Shown here piece after piece: positions 35,799 through 48,387 of a stretch of DNA of 64,000 nucleotides. This DNA comes from a virus (taxonomy: Duplodnaviria > Heunggongvirae > Uroviricota > Caudoviricetes): the IMG/VR virus record IMGVR_UViG_3300019378_000003, one strand, 5' to 3'. The notes below the pieces were generated by a model. That model made no database searches, was not told the origin of the DNA, and was given only the letters and a program-made list of their open reading frames with translations. Position numbers and translations under genes: made by a program. Position 1 is the stretch's first letter. Each line of letters opens with the position of its first letter.

Positions 35799-38700
35799 AT
35801 GGCTCGTTTATATCCACCTAGCGTGGCGGGCACATTACCATCTTGTTATAATTATCCAGAGGGGATTGTCACTTTGACAATCCCCTTTTCTATGAATAAG
35901 ACGGTAGCGGCACGCGCAATTAGTAGTTTTAGAGTAAGAATTAAAACAACTTCGACTGATAGAGTAATTGCTGATTGGCCTGAAAGTAGAGGTGCGGCAA
36001 CACTTGATGATATTAATCCAGTATTAACAACTCAAATACCAACTGCATATATTCCTCAACTACGAGTCGGCAATTATTATAAAGTATAGATTGCTTATGT
36101 TGATAGTGAAGGAGTTATTGGGTATTATTCTTCTCTAAGTATTATTAAATATACAGGTAAACCAACAGTTCGTATTGCCGATTTATCTATTTCATATACT
36201 AATTTAGATATGACGGCGTATGTTGGTGAATATTTTAATCAAGAAGATCCAACTGAAATTGTATATCAATATAAGTTTTTATTATATAATGATGCAGGAG
36301 CGATTATTGAAAATTCTGGTTGGCGTATTCATAATAGTTATGAAGATGAACAGGCTGGTCAATCACGAGATACTTATGTTCTCAAAACTGCTCTTGAATT
36401 AACTAAAACTTACAGAATTCAATATTGTATTATTACAAATAATAATTTAGAATTACATTCACCTCGTTATATGATTTGCCAATCAGATTCAATTGAACCA
36501 TAGCTTAAAGCTAAAATTTTTACAACGACTGATTATGATAATGGTTCAGTAACAATTACTTTATTAGGTGATTTAATTGATGAGGACGGCAAAGAAGAAG
36601 TAGCAACAGGTACTTTCTTAATTTAGCGTTCATCTTCTTCTGATAATTTTACATCTTGGGTAGATGTATTAAATTTTAAATTAACAGGTGAATTCCCTTC
36701 AAATTTTGTCTTTCATGATTTTACTGTTGAGTAGGGAGAAACTTATCGATATTCATTATAGCAATACAATGATTATGGTATTTATTCTCGCCGAATTTTA
36801 GCAGAAGATATTTATGTTGCTTTTGAAGATGCATTTTTATTTGACGGCAAACGGCAATTAAGAATTCGTTATAATCCTAAAATTGCTTCTTTTAAAACTA
36901 CATTATTAGATTCTAAAAAGAATACAATTGGCGGAAAATTTCCTACCTTTTTTAGAAACGGTAATGTTGAATATAAAGAATTTTCTATTTCGGGTTTAGT
37001 TACTTATTTTATGGATAATGATGAATTCTTTTTTAAGAAAGATGAAATAGGATTTGGTGGCTGGGAAAATACTACCGATATTATTGACGCCAATATTTAT
37101 CTTGAGCGACAATTTAAATTAGCAGTATTAGATTGGCTTAATAATGGAGAAGTAAAACTTTTTAGGTCCCCGCAAGAAGGTAATTATATTGTTCGTTTAA
37201 TGAATACGACTTTAGCTCCAAATGATTCTTTAAGTCGTATGCTTCATACTTTTACCTGCTAGGCTAGTGAAATTGCAGATTTTAATACAGAAAATCTGAC
37301 TAAATATAATTTAATTCAAACTGTTCTTGAGCCTGTACCTGAAATGAGATGGCGTTCTATTAATCTTGCTTAGTGGTTAAATGAACGTATTACTCTTCTT
37401 TCAAAAGATCCTAATTATAAAGGTGTAGGTCGCAATGAATTAGTACAGTAGGCTCGTAGAGATATACGAAATGGCACTCATGATTTAGCAGAAGGTAAAC
37501 CTATTTATTATATTAAAGTTGAAGATGTTCCGTCTGGCACTAAACTTTTATTGGGGCATCAAGAAATTTTAATTGGCGCGACAGGTTATTATGAAGCTTT
37601 TTATGAAGAGCCAATGTATAATTTGCGAGTAAGTTCTATTAATGTAGATGAGTCAAATGAATCGGCGGTTCCTGAATCTGTGTATGAGGGAATGAATGGT
37701 ACTATTACATATGGTACTATGTCTACAGCCACTAATACTTTTGATACAGTTACTTCTGTAAAAGTAAGAGACGTTCCTTGCAGACAATTCTTTGGCCCGC
37801 AAGAAAATCTATTGGCAGAATGGAACGATATTCGCTTAGAAGTTTAGCGTGTTTATTATGCTCGTTTCGTCGCACGGCATTTAGAAGAATTAGTATTACC
37901 TCTTGATACTACTATTGAAACTTTAAATGCAGTAATAGAATTATTTTCAAAACCTGATGCAAAAAATAAAGTATATTATTATACTGAAGATATTATAACA
38001 ACACCTACTCAAGAATATGATACAAATAAAGATCCAATTGTAGTTGAGCCACAGACTTTAAAAGTATATTATTTATATTATTATAATGGCCATTATTTGG
38101 TTCCTGTTGGGCCTGGATAGACTCAATTTACTGATGAATTTGGTAGCCGGATAGATGAAGAAGGTAATGTTATACAGACTTATGCGGGAAAAGATTTAAT
38201 TTTGTTAACTTCTGCTCAAGCAAAATATGCAGAAAGATATGCGGAAGGTTTGTGGAATTCTTTAACTCCATATTATGTATATTATACGAAAGAAGTTAAT
38301 AAAGATAATTCTCCTGAAGGGAAAGAACCTAATTTATCTGACGGCTTAATTGATTGGAAATATACATATTATATGTTGGGTGAGACCGAAAATGGAACTA
38401 GTTTAATTCAATTAGAAAATTATGATACTACAGTAAAATATCATAAGTCTATAATTAACGTTGCTGATATTGATGAATATTATATTCCAGATTTGGATTA
38501 TGTTCCAGATGATATTAGTATTGGCAGTGGTGTATATGCCGAAATTGGTTTACAATATCGAATGATTAGTTATTATTATGAACAATATCTTAGTGATCCT
38601 AAAGTTAATGACAGTAAATTGCAATGGTTAGAGGCAGAAGAAGCATATAGAACTGGTGTATTAAAAATGATTTAGGCTACTAATTAGACTGAACCATCTC

Positions 38701-38975
38701 GAAATACTGTTCTAGAAACCGTTAGTCCTTGTTATTATTTTGACACAGAAGAAGTTGATTTAAGACTAATCGAAGATATAGACAGACCCGAATATAAGAA
38801 TCGTTCTGTCCCAATTTATTATTATTCTTCTCAAGTTGGAGAAGCTCCTAATTATAGTATTATAGAACCCAATTATAATATTGCTGATTTAAAAGCAAGA
38901 CGTGATGAAACTTATGCAATTTTTGTTGCAGAACTTGAAGCATATAAAGAACATGAGGAGGCTGACTTAGTATGA
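35799..38975 (+). CDS. Tail/baseplate structural protein, 1058 aa, many in-frame TAG.
   Basis: Track ORFs 35799, 36210, 37011, 37551 and 38202 are all frame 0. The gene ends at TGA 38973-38975, overlapping the next ATG (ATGA). Confidence 0.55.
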
Positions 38976-41458
38976 TATATGATAATCATTTCTTAAAACA
39001 ACTTGATGAATGGCCTCAACGTGAAGTATTTGCTAAAATTGTTTCTTTAAGTTGGGATGAAAGTCCAAGAGAAGAAATTGAAGGTTATATTACAGGAGGA
39101 TCCATTAATGTAGATGGATCCTCCGCTCTACGTCGAACTTGCAGTCTGACTATGATAACAGACACTCCTCGTATTAATGAATTATATTGGGCATTAGAAA
39201 CTAAATTTCAAGTTTTTATTGGATTAAAGAATTTTGTTAATTCTGATTACGATGATATTATTTGGTTTCCTCAAGGTATCTATGTTATTACTTCATATAG
39301 CCAAACTTTAAATACTCAAGGTTATACTATTCAAATTTAGGGTAAAGATAAAATGTGTCTACTCGATGGCTCAATCGGTGGAAATATTCCTGCCGACCAC
39401 GATTTTGGAAAAATTGATACGTTAACTGGCTATGATGAAAATGGTAATGCAATTATTGAAACTGAAGATATTTTAATTTATGATATAGTTCGAGAAGCAG
39501 TACATGTATATGCCAAAGAACCTTATGAAAAAATTATTATAAATGATTTAGAAGATTGTTCCGTTATGCTTTTAGCATATAAAGCAAAAAATATTAAATT
39601 ATTTATTTATAATGTTTATAAGACAGAAGGTGCAGATGATTATATTACCAATATGACATTTGAAGGTCATTCTAGTTTGGCGACTGAACTAGCGAAATAT
39701 TTAGATGGACAAGATTTTGAATATAATGGTAAATGGTATAAATTAATTAAAACTGTAGGCTTTAATGATACTGCTGGTTATCAATTAACTGATCTTACAT
39801 ATGCAGGTGATTTAATTTGCGCAGCAGGAAGTTCTATAACTTCTATGTTAGATAAAGTCGCAGGCATGCTCGGTGAATTTGAATATTTTTATGATTTAGA
39901 CGGCAGATTTGTTTTTTAGCGCAAGAAAATTTACGCAAATATTACTTGGACAAATTAGATGAAAACGGCAGATTCTGAAATTTATTATGATACTCTTGCT
40001 AATTCGTCTGCAAATATGTATGAGTTTACAAGTGGTCAATTAGTTGAATCTTTTGCCAATAAACCTCAAGTAAATATGATTAAAAATGATTTTACTATTT
40101 GGGGCGAAAGAGTTGCTTCCAGCGGTGTAACAATACCTATTCATATGCGTTATGCTATTGATGTAAAACCTGATAAATATTTTTCTTTAATTGATGGTTT
40201 ATGGTATTATGCAATGACTGAATAGCAATGTCAAGACACTCATTTTTTACCTGTGTTTCCTGAAGGAAAAGCACCATCTTTAACTTATGAAGAAACTCGT
40301 AATGGAGAAAAAGTATAGGTTAAAAAAGAATGGTATGATAATTCTTATTACACTACACATCCTTTTGGTACCCCTACTTGGTCAGATTATAATAAAGATG
40401 CTATTTATACTGATTGGCGTGAATTAATTTATAAAATGGCATTAGATTATATGAAACGAGATACATATTTAAAAAATATAGAAAAATATGATATTCTTGA
40501 AAAAAAATTAACAGATTAGAAAACTGATATTGAGGCTTATAAAAAAGAATTATAGGCTTTAAGTAATTTATGTGATATATATGCAGATACTATTACCGAT
40601 GAAAAAATTCGTGAATAGAATGGTGTTAAATTACCTGATTGGATATAGACTTTAACAGATACTGCAGTATATAAACAAGATAAATTAAATGAATTATAGT
40701 GGTTAAATGAAACAGAAATTATTAAGTAGAATTATATAATTTGGGAACAAGATAATCATATTGACATTAGTAATTATATGACTTATTTTTATGATATGCT
40801 TGAATATTGGCCTCGTATTTATAGTTTAGGTAATTATGGTTAGTTTATAGATCACGAGACAGAAAAATATTTCGTAGGATGGCATCCAGATTATTTTTCT
40901 ATTGCTGAATAGTCTATGAAAAAAGCAGATGAATCTATGTATACTTATTATTATCTATTTATGAATTAGCCAGAAGCAATTGTTTTTTGGATTGATTTCC
41001 AAGATACAGAGTCTTATCTCGGCAAGTATTCAGTAGAATTAATAGGTAGACGGACTAATACCGTTAAAGATACCAATATAAAAGCGATATTTTTTAGAGA
41101 GACTCCAAATGTGTTATTTACAAATCCTTATGATGAAGAAACATATAGACCTACTAATATGAGTTATGAAAAATTAAACTTATCTGTTGGTATGGCAAAT
41201 TATTTTGTTATGAGTTTTCAAGGTAAAAGCGCAGAAGAAACTATGAATGAAAAAATTTATAATCATACTTACTATCAAGAAAGTATTACTGTAAATGTAG
41301 TTCCTGTATATTATCTTGAGCCGAATAGACGTATTCGTGTATTTGATGCTTCATCAGGAATTAATGGAGAATATATAATTAAATCATTTTCTTTATAGCT
41401 TGCGCATGATGGCATGATGTCTATTAATGCGACGAAAGCAGAAGAAAATATCTTATAA
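38972..41458 (+). CDS. Tail structural protein, 828 aa, ~25 in-frame TAG.
   Basis: Track ORFs 38972, 39353, 39959 and 41111 are all frame 2. I translated 40226-41111 by hand and found only TAG. The gene ends at TAA 41456-41458. Confidence 0.55.
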
Positions 41459-41472
41459 GGAGGAAAAGGAGT

Positions 41473-41811
41473 ATGGCTAAAACTGTAGGACAGCTTAGAT
41501 ATTATGGAGAAAAAGATCCTCGTAATTTTCCTGCTGGGTTAGGTTCAGTGCATTTGTATAATGGTAATGCTCTAAAAGATTATTATCCGATTACTCAATT
41601 AGGTATTTAGACTGTGCCAGGAGCAAAATTAACTCTTAATAAAGATAAAATTCCTGTTATCATAGGAGTAACAGGTATTTATGAGTTAAATATTGATGGT
41701 TTAGCTCAAATTACTGATGTTAGTTTTGCTGCTGAAACTTTAAATTTAATTAAAGACCCAAGCAATAATTTTTATTTAATTATTGATTTTATTTCAGATA
41801 AGGAGGGCTAA
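41473..41811 (+). CDS. Small tail protein, 112 aa, 1 in-frame TAG. Paralog of the 46447-46731 gene.
   Basis: AAGGAG then ATG 41473, ending at TAA. Reads ...VIIGVTGIYELNIDGL..., compared with ...LRIGATGIYELDRTV... in the paralog. Confidence 0.4.
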
Positions 41812-41813
41812 TT

Positions 41814-44800
41814 ATGGGATTTTATGGTAATATATAGAACTCTAATAAAACAGCCTTCACTTTTGATTTAATCTATCATTCTCGTTTGACTATGGTAAAT
41901 CATGCAAATGATGATGGTGTATTTTTAGGTCGTTATGTTTTAGTTGATTATGATGAAACTGCTGTGCTCGCTTATTACAACAGTACAGATAAATGGTTTT
42001 ACAATGATAAAAGTTTATTGCTGCCCCATAAAATTTTAAACCCAAAATTTAATATTATTTATGAAGTAGCTAACGAAGATTATCCTGTAGACCAACCACG
42101 GTTTTTCTATTATCGTCCAAAAGGATTTTATGAAGAAAATTCTCCTGCTCAATTTGAGCCTATTTCTATAAAAATTACCGACGGCACAGGTGATGCAATA
42201 GATGCAGTATCTATCTCTCCATATGCTGTTAGTCATACATTAGATGTACGTGAATTCGGTCGTGGTTATGATTCTACTGTATGGTAGAAAGTATTTGATA
42301 ATGGAAAATATAAATATGTTTTAGTAGCAGAATTAAATGCTAAAGTACCTAACTTTAGATTAATTGCCGATCATCCTACTGAAACTCCTGTGGCACCATA
42401 TTTTGATCGAGATTCAACGACCATGGATTATTATTTGCATCTATCTTCTTCTTATGGCAATCGAGTAAAAGCTGTTAAAGATAATAATTTAAAAGATCGT
42501 TCAGACGAGAAAATGACTCGTTATGATATTTCTTATGATTATACAGATGAATCTAATCCAACCTGGTCTGAAAAATCTAATGAGTATGATGCAGATATTT
42601 ATTATAATAAAGCTGGTTTTAATCCTAAACTTCGCACTTATGTTGAAGGAGATAAAAGTTTAAACACTATTAATTATGATAGAGTTAGTAGTGAAAAACG
42701 TTATGGATATCAAGATGGTCCTATTTATCAAGAAGGAAAAACTTATCCTGATACTTATGAATGGTATTTTAGATTACCAGTTATTGGAAATGCTATTTGT
42801 TCTTTGTGGGATAGTATTTATGGATATAATCCTAAAGGCATCCGCTATCATAATCTTGCTCAAAAAGATAGTGATTCTCTTAATAATTTAGTAACATATG
42901 ATACTGAAACATTATATGGTACTTTAAATAGAGTTAGAGATTTAATGGGTCATGAATTTTTACCTGTTTCAGTAGCTCAATAGTTAGCAGAATCAGAAAC
43001 TGTTGAAGGTAAAATAATATATTACTTAGCTGAGGGTAAAGGCAATACTACTTATAATCCAAATAATCAATATCAAGTTACAGATATTGAAACAGTTGGT
43101 AGTTTGGCTATTGATACTAAGTTAAAAGTTGATACAGTCACCGATACTCAATTATAGTATATCGCAAAAGATGTATTATATTATGATGCAGAAGACAAGG
43201 GTCCAATTAAATCTTATTATTATTTTGCTTATAGTCCTATTTTTAAATCTATTAAAGATGATAATATTGAACTAAAAGATGGAAAACTCCCAGATGGTGA
43301 ATATTATTTTAAAATGGGTGAAGAATATATTTATGCTAATCCAGAATTATATAATTCTACAGATGCGAATGGTGTAATTGTATCGCCAAATTATGATCAT
43401 TACTATAGACGCGTAGATCGTTGGGTGTTAACAGAATTAGAACAAGGGATCCCAGAAGATACAATCCATGGTTTAATTCTTAAATTGCATAAATTAATTG
43501 GTACTGGTGATGTAGACACGAGAGATAAAAATACTTTAATTGGTGCAATGCATCGTATTGAAGATATTGTATCTAATATTAATTTACGTTTAGCTCCTGG
43601 CCGTATGCTTCATACCAACTCTGATACTGGTGTAATTGAAACCACAGATACTTATTTCCCAAGTGCAGATTGGGATAAAGATGAATTATTAGCTGGAGAT
43701 GGTTCTTGGGTTAGTCGTTTTGCTTCTGTAAAAGTTCGAGAGAATTCTACAAATGCGAACAGAAAAATACCCAAGGTTGTTGAATTCCAGACGACGGGTG
43801 CCGCGACCGGTGACGCGCCGGCGGTTTTAAAGAATTTACAAGCTGAATTGGTGTCTGATAATCAACGTACCAATGACGGCACTAATCTTGTCTATAACCA
43901 AAATCATGACCCCAATACTCTTATATTGGCCACTCGTGATAAATGGATTAAGCTTCACCCAGATGCTAATGATGATAGTATTGAATTTGAACATACTCAG
44001 TCTCCTCTTGTAACAAGATTGAGTTATGAAGTATTAAATACTCCCGGTTCAATGAGTGTTATTACGGCTCCTGAGGCAGATGTAAATAGTTCTGTAAATA
44101 CTGCTAATTTTAAAGCAGGAGTTTCTGGCACTGAATTATCATTAATTCCAGATAGTGATACATCTATTATTTATGATGGAGACGATGCAGATAAAAATGA
44201 TAATCGTTTAACCATTCCATATATTACTGTAGATAACGCTGGTCATATAATTGCGGCGAGCACTAAGAATTATAATATTCCTCATGGTTTTAAGAAGGTT
44301 AGAACTACAGAGATTCTTGATACTAATGAATCTGTTTCTCTTGATTAGGCTGGCATTTCAATTGCAGAATCTATCGTAGATACTTTAAATATTGCACCAC
44401 GCAATCGATGGATTGATATTGCAACTGAAAATACTAATGATGCAGAGGGTGCAGCAGAAGATAAAATTACTTTTAGCCATAGATTAGTTCCAACTGATCC
44501 AGAAGATGATACCATAATTCCTACTTTAAATACTACTGTAACTTTAAATGGTGAACGTAGAACTAAAAGTTCTGATATTCCTACAGTTTATCGTTATGGT
44601 TTACCGTAGGATAAAACTGTAACAGATCTTGATGGGGAGTTTAATGGTGGTAGTGGTGCAGCGAATGAAGTAGCGAATACTTTTAATGTTCCATATATTG
44701 AAGTCGATAGAGCAGGACACGTTGTAGCAGCTGAAACTCATATTGTAACTTTACCAGAAAATTTTGAAACTATTACAGTAATAAAACAGAATGAAAGTAC

Positions 44801-46385
44801 ATCAACAGAAGCAGATGTTTTAGAAAATGATGCTATTATTACTGCAGATTCTTTAGCAGATAATTTAACACTAAAAACTGTCAACAGATGGATTGGTATT
44901 GGTTTAACTGATCAGAATAATGACGATATTCTTACTTTCGGTCATAGGTTATCAGATATTAAAAATGATACACCTCGTGTATTAAATGGCGCTCGTAAAG
45001 CACATAGTAAATATACTAATGTACAGCGTTATGGTTTGCCTTAGAGCAAATCTGTTACATTATTAGATCAAGACAATGGACAAGAGCTTGCAAATACATT
45101 TAATGTTCCATATTTTGAAATCGATGAAGCTGGACATATGGTATATGCAGAAACAAATACTGTAACATTACCAGAAAATTTTGAAACTATTACAATAGCA
45201 AAAGCATCAGATAATTTAAGTGAAGAATATGCCACTGAAGATACAAACACAAAAGCTGGCGCCACGATGGATGAATATGCTACTGCGAATATTATTAAAG
45301 CAGATAGTTTAAGTGACAATCTTACTTTTAATACTGGGAATAAATGGATTCGTTTAGCAGGAACAGATGAAAACGCAACGGATGATATTATAACAATTAG
45401 TCATGAAATACATAATATCCGCTCTTCTACTAGCGAAGAAGATATGGATACAGAAGCTAATAAAAAAGATCAATTTACTACTTAGGTTGTAGAATGGGAC
45501 AATGCTGGACATATTATTTCACATGACACCAAGACTTGGACTCTACCGAATAGTATTCGTAATATTACAGTTGGTATAAATTCTGATAACTCCTCTAACG
45601 CTGAAGTTAACGATTCTACAGTAACTGTTCAAGCAGACACAACTTTTGATACAGTTAATTTTAATGCTTCTAATAAATGGATTAGACTTACCGCAAATGA
45701 TACTAATAATACTATTACAGTAGGTCATCTTGCTCAAAGTACAGCTGGTTCTTATCCGAAGAAAGACACGGAAATAGAATTTTCTGAATTTGGCAGTAAA
45801 GTAACTTTATAGGGATATGCCATTGATGAGGCCGGTCATATTATTGACTATCCTACTTATACATTAGCAATACCCAAAGGTTCTTATAGTGAAAATGGAG
45901 GCACTGAAGGGGCGAATGTGCTTACTTCTCTCGCTTTTGTTGATACAACTGGAACTTTAACTGGCACTAAAGTAAATATTGGCACTTTAAAATTAGCAGA
46001 ATATGAATTAGGTACTGATGTTAGTGCTATTGCAGCAACAGATTAGTTAAATAAAGCATTAAGTAAATTACAAGCCTAGATTAATGCTCATAAAACAAAT
46101 ACTGATAATCCTCATAATGTTACTGCAGAACAAGTTGGTTTAGGAAATGTTACTAATGAAAGTAAAGCTACTATGTTTGCAAGTGCTGCTTTAACAGGAG
46201 AACCTACGGCTCCAACAGCTGCAGCAGGTACAGATACAATGTAGATTGCTACTACAGCTTTTGTAACAACCGCAGTAACAACATTAAGTAGTAATGTTTA
46301 TACACAACAACAAGTCGATGAAAAAATCGCAAGTGCTCTTAGAGAATTTGCTGAAACTTATGGACTTACCGTTCCTACAACTTAA
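41814..46385 (+). CDS. Tail fiber with at least 5 internal ~110-aa repeats and a collar-type C-terminal motif. 1523 aa.
   Basis: AGGAGGG then ATG 41814. Track ORFs 41886, 42390, 43314 and 45138 are all frame 0. The gene ends at TAA 46383-46385, followed by a terminator. Repeat cores read NVPYIEVDRAGHVVAAETHIVTLPENFETITV, NVPYFEIDEAGHMVYAETNTVTLPENFETITI and TIPYITVDNAGHIIAASTKNYNIPHGF..., among others. The C-terminus reads ...NVTNESKATMFASAALTGEPTAPTAAAGTDTMQIATTAFV. Confidence 0.55.
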
Positions 46386-46396
46386 TACATAAACAA

Positions 46397-46428
46397 AAGG
46401 GCAGATTTATTCTGCCCTTTATTTTTTG
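46397..46428 (+). terminator. Rho-independent terminator.
   Basis: AAGGGCAG-atttatt-CTGCCCTT hairpin followed by TATTTTTTG. Confidence 0.65.
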
Positions 46429-46446
46429 AGTAAAGGAGAAATAACA

Positions 46447-46731
46447 ATGGTTAATAGTCATGGTTATTATTCTGGCCATGTTGGTCAGCTTGACGCAGAA
46501 TTTGCTGCTAATCAAGATCTTATTACACTAATTCGTGAAAAGCATAAGCTTTATGACTTTAAAGGTTTGGTAAAGCTTGGCATTCAAGCTCCTATCGGCA
46601 CAAAGTTTGTTATCAATGGACAGACTTTGCGTATTGGCGCAACCGGTATTTACGAATTAGACCGCACTGTTAGCGTTAAAGAACTTTATTTCGTTGAAGA
46701 TACTGAAGCTTTAGTGGACTATGTTTATTAA
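46447..46731 (+). CDS. Small tail protein, 94 aa, no TAG. Paralog of the 41473-41811 gene.
   Basis: AAAGGAG then ATG 46447, ending at TAA. Confidence 0.4.
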   Translation: MVNSHGYYSGHVGQLDAEFAANQDLITLIREKHKLYDFKGLVKLGIQAPIGTKFVINGQTLRIGATGIYELDRTVSVKELYFVEDTEALVDYVY

Positions 46732-46787
46732 TCTACTCGAACTTCTTTTGAAATTATAAGACGACCACAGGAAGGAGTTTGTTGAGT

Positions 46788-47117
46788 ATGGCAAGCTTTT
46801 ATGGAGGCGTTGGCATATCAGGTGGCTCCGGTGGAGGTTCCTCAGGAGTTGGAATCGCAACCATTGAATTTGATGAAAATCGCAACTTAATTATCTATCT
46901 TTCTGATGGAACCAAGAAAAATCTTGGTATTATTGATGGTGCGACTTATACACCAAAAGTGGTTGACGGAGTAATTTCCTGGACCAACGATTAGGATTTA
47001 GAGAATCCTGATTCATATGATATCACCGCAGGACTCGATGGAGGAGAATACTGGGAAGGTGTTACTTCTGAATCAGAACAACCCGCGGATGATAATCAAT
47101 ATTGGGAATCAATATAA
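46788..47117 (+). CDS. Small Gly-rich protein, ~109 aa, 1 in-frame TAG.
   Basis: GGAG then ATG 46788 (the track's TTG 46779 is too close to the RBS). A TAG at 46992 is read through to TAA 47115-47117. N-terminus is GGVGISGGSGGGSSGVG. Confidence 0.35.
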
Positions 47118-47140
47118 TTATTTGAAGGGGTGAAAAATAA

Positions 47141-48373
47141 ATGGCTAAAATTCCTGTAGTATTTAAGTACGGTACTAGAGCTCAATATGACGCTTTAGCT
47201 ACTAAGGATGAACATGCTCTTTATTTCTTAACTGACACTGGCGAAATTTATCGTGGTGCTGTTAATCTTGCCCGCGGCAGTCACTTTGAAGGTGAACTTA
47301 CTGTTGATGACGCAGATGATATGGCCGTTATCGCACGTGTATTGAACGGTCAACCCGCAGTCCAAGATGATATTTTTGTCGTAAAATCTCTTATCGCAGA
47401 TGGTAAGTATTCATATACTTCCTATATCTATGATGAGAATGGAAATTGGAAGGCCATGGACGGCAATTATAGTGCCAAAAATGTTTATTTCCACAATGAC
47501 TTAACTGCTACTGCTCCTATTGGTGTTGTAACCATTCCGGAGACTGGTAGTGCTACTATTAAAGCTGAAGGCAAGAGCCTTCATGATGTTCTTGTAAGCA
47601 TTCTCGCTGAAGAGCTTCAGCCCGAAGCTACTGCTCCAACAGTATCTGTTACTTCTTCCACTAGAGGTTCTTATGAAGTTGGTAGTGTTATTACTCCAAA
47701 ATGGAGCGCAACTTTAAATCCAGGTTCTTATACTTATGGACCTGAAACTGGTATTGTAGCTACCTCTTGGACTATTACTGATAACGCAAGTACTCCTCAT
47801 GCTTCTAGCGAAGCATCTGGATCTTTTGCTGATGTAACAGCTGAAGATGGTAAGAGTTATGTTATTAGCGCAACTGCTACATATGATGCTGGTGCAGAGC
47901 CTGTGACCAATATGGGTAATCCAGCGGAAGAGGGAATTCAAATTCCTGAGGGTGCAGCAACAGGTAAAGTAACTGTTGTTAGTTCTTACCGCAATTCTTT
48001 CTATGGTGTATATACATCTAAGGAAGTAGATGGTGTACAAACTGGTTCCACTTCTGATTCTATCCGTACACTTAAAGCAAGTAATAAAGCATTGGCTAAT
48101 GGCGGTAGCTTTGATATCGCAATTCCTGCTGATGCACAGCGTGTTGTGATTGCTTATCCAGCAACCTTGAAAGACTTAGATCAAGTATTAGATGTTAATG
48201 ACTCTAATGCTAATATCGTTAGTGCTTTCACCAAAGAAGATGGTACAGCAAAAGCTACAATTCAAGTTGCTGGCGCTAATGGATATAATCCTATTGATTA
48301 TAAAGTATTTAGCACAGACTTTGCTGGCGCTTATGGCGCAACAAATACTTTCAAAGTAAAAATTAAGGCGTAA
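47141..48373 (+). CDS. Tail fiber/receptor-binding protein, 410 aa, no TAG.
   Basis: N-terminus reads MAKIPVVFKYGTRAQYDALATKDEHALYFLTDTGEIYRG, the fiber-anchor motif shared with the 50014, 51765 and 59000 genes. Confidence 0.5.
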   Translation: MAKIPVVFKYGTRAQYDALATKDEHALYFLTDTGEIYRGAVNLARGSHFEGELTVDDADDMAVIARVLNGQPAVQDDIFVVKSLIADGKYSYTSYIYDENGNWKAMDGNYSAKNVYFHNDLTATAPIGVVTIPETGSATIKAEGKSLHDVLVSILAEELQPEATAPTVSVTSSTRGSYEVGSVITPKWSATLNPGSYTYGPETGIVATSWTITDNASTPHASSEASGSFADVTAEDGKSYVISATATYDAGAEPVTNMGNPAEEGIQIPEGAATGKVTVVSSYRNSFYGVYTSKEVDGVQTGSTSDSIRTLKASNKALANGGSFDIAIPADAQRVVIAYPATLKDLDQVLDVNDSNANIVSAFTKEDGTAKATIQVAGANGYNPIDYKVFSTDFAGAYGATNTFKVKIKA

Positions 48374-48387
48374 GGAGGAAGAGAGTT

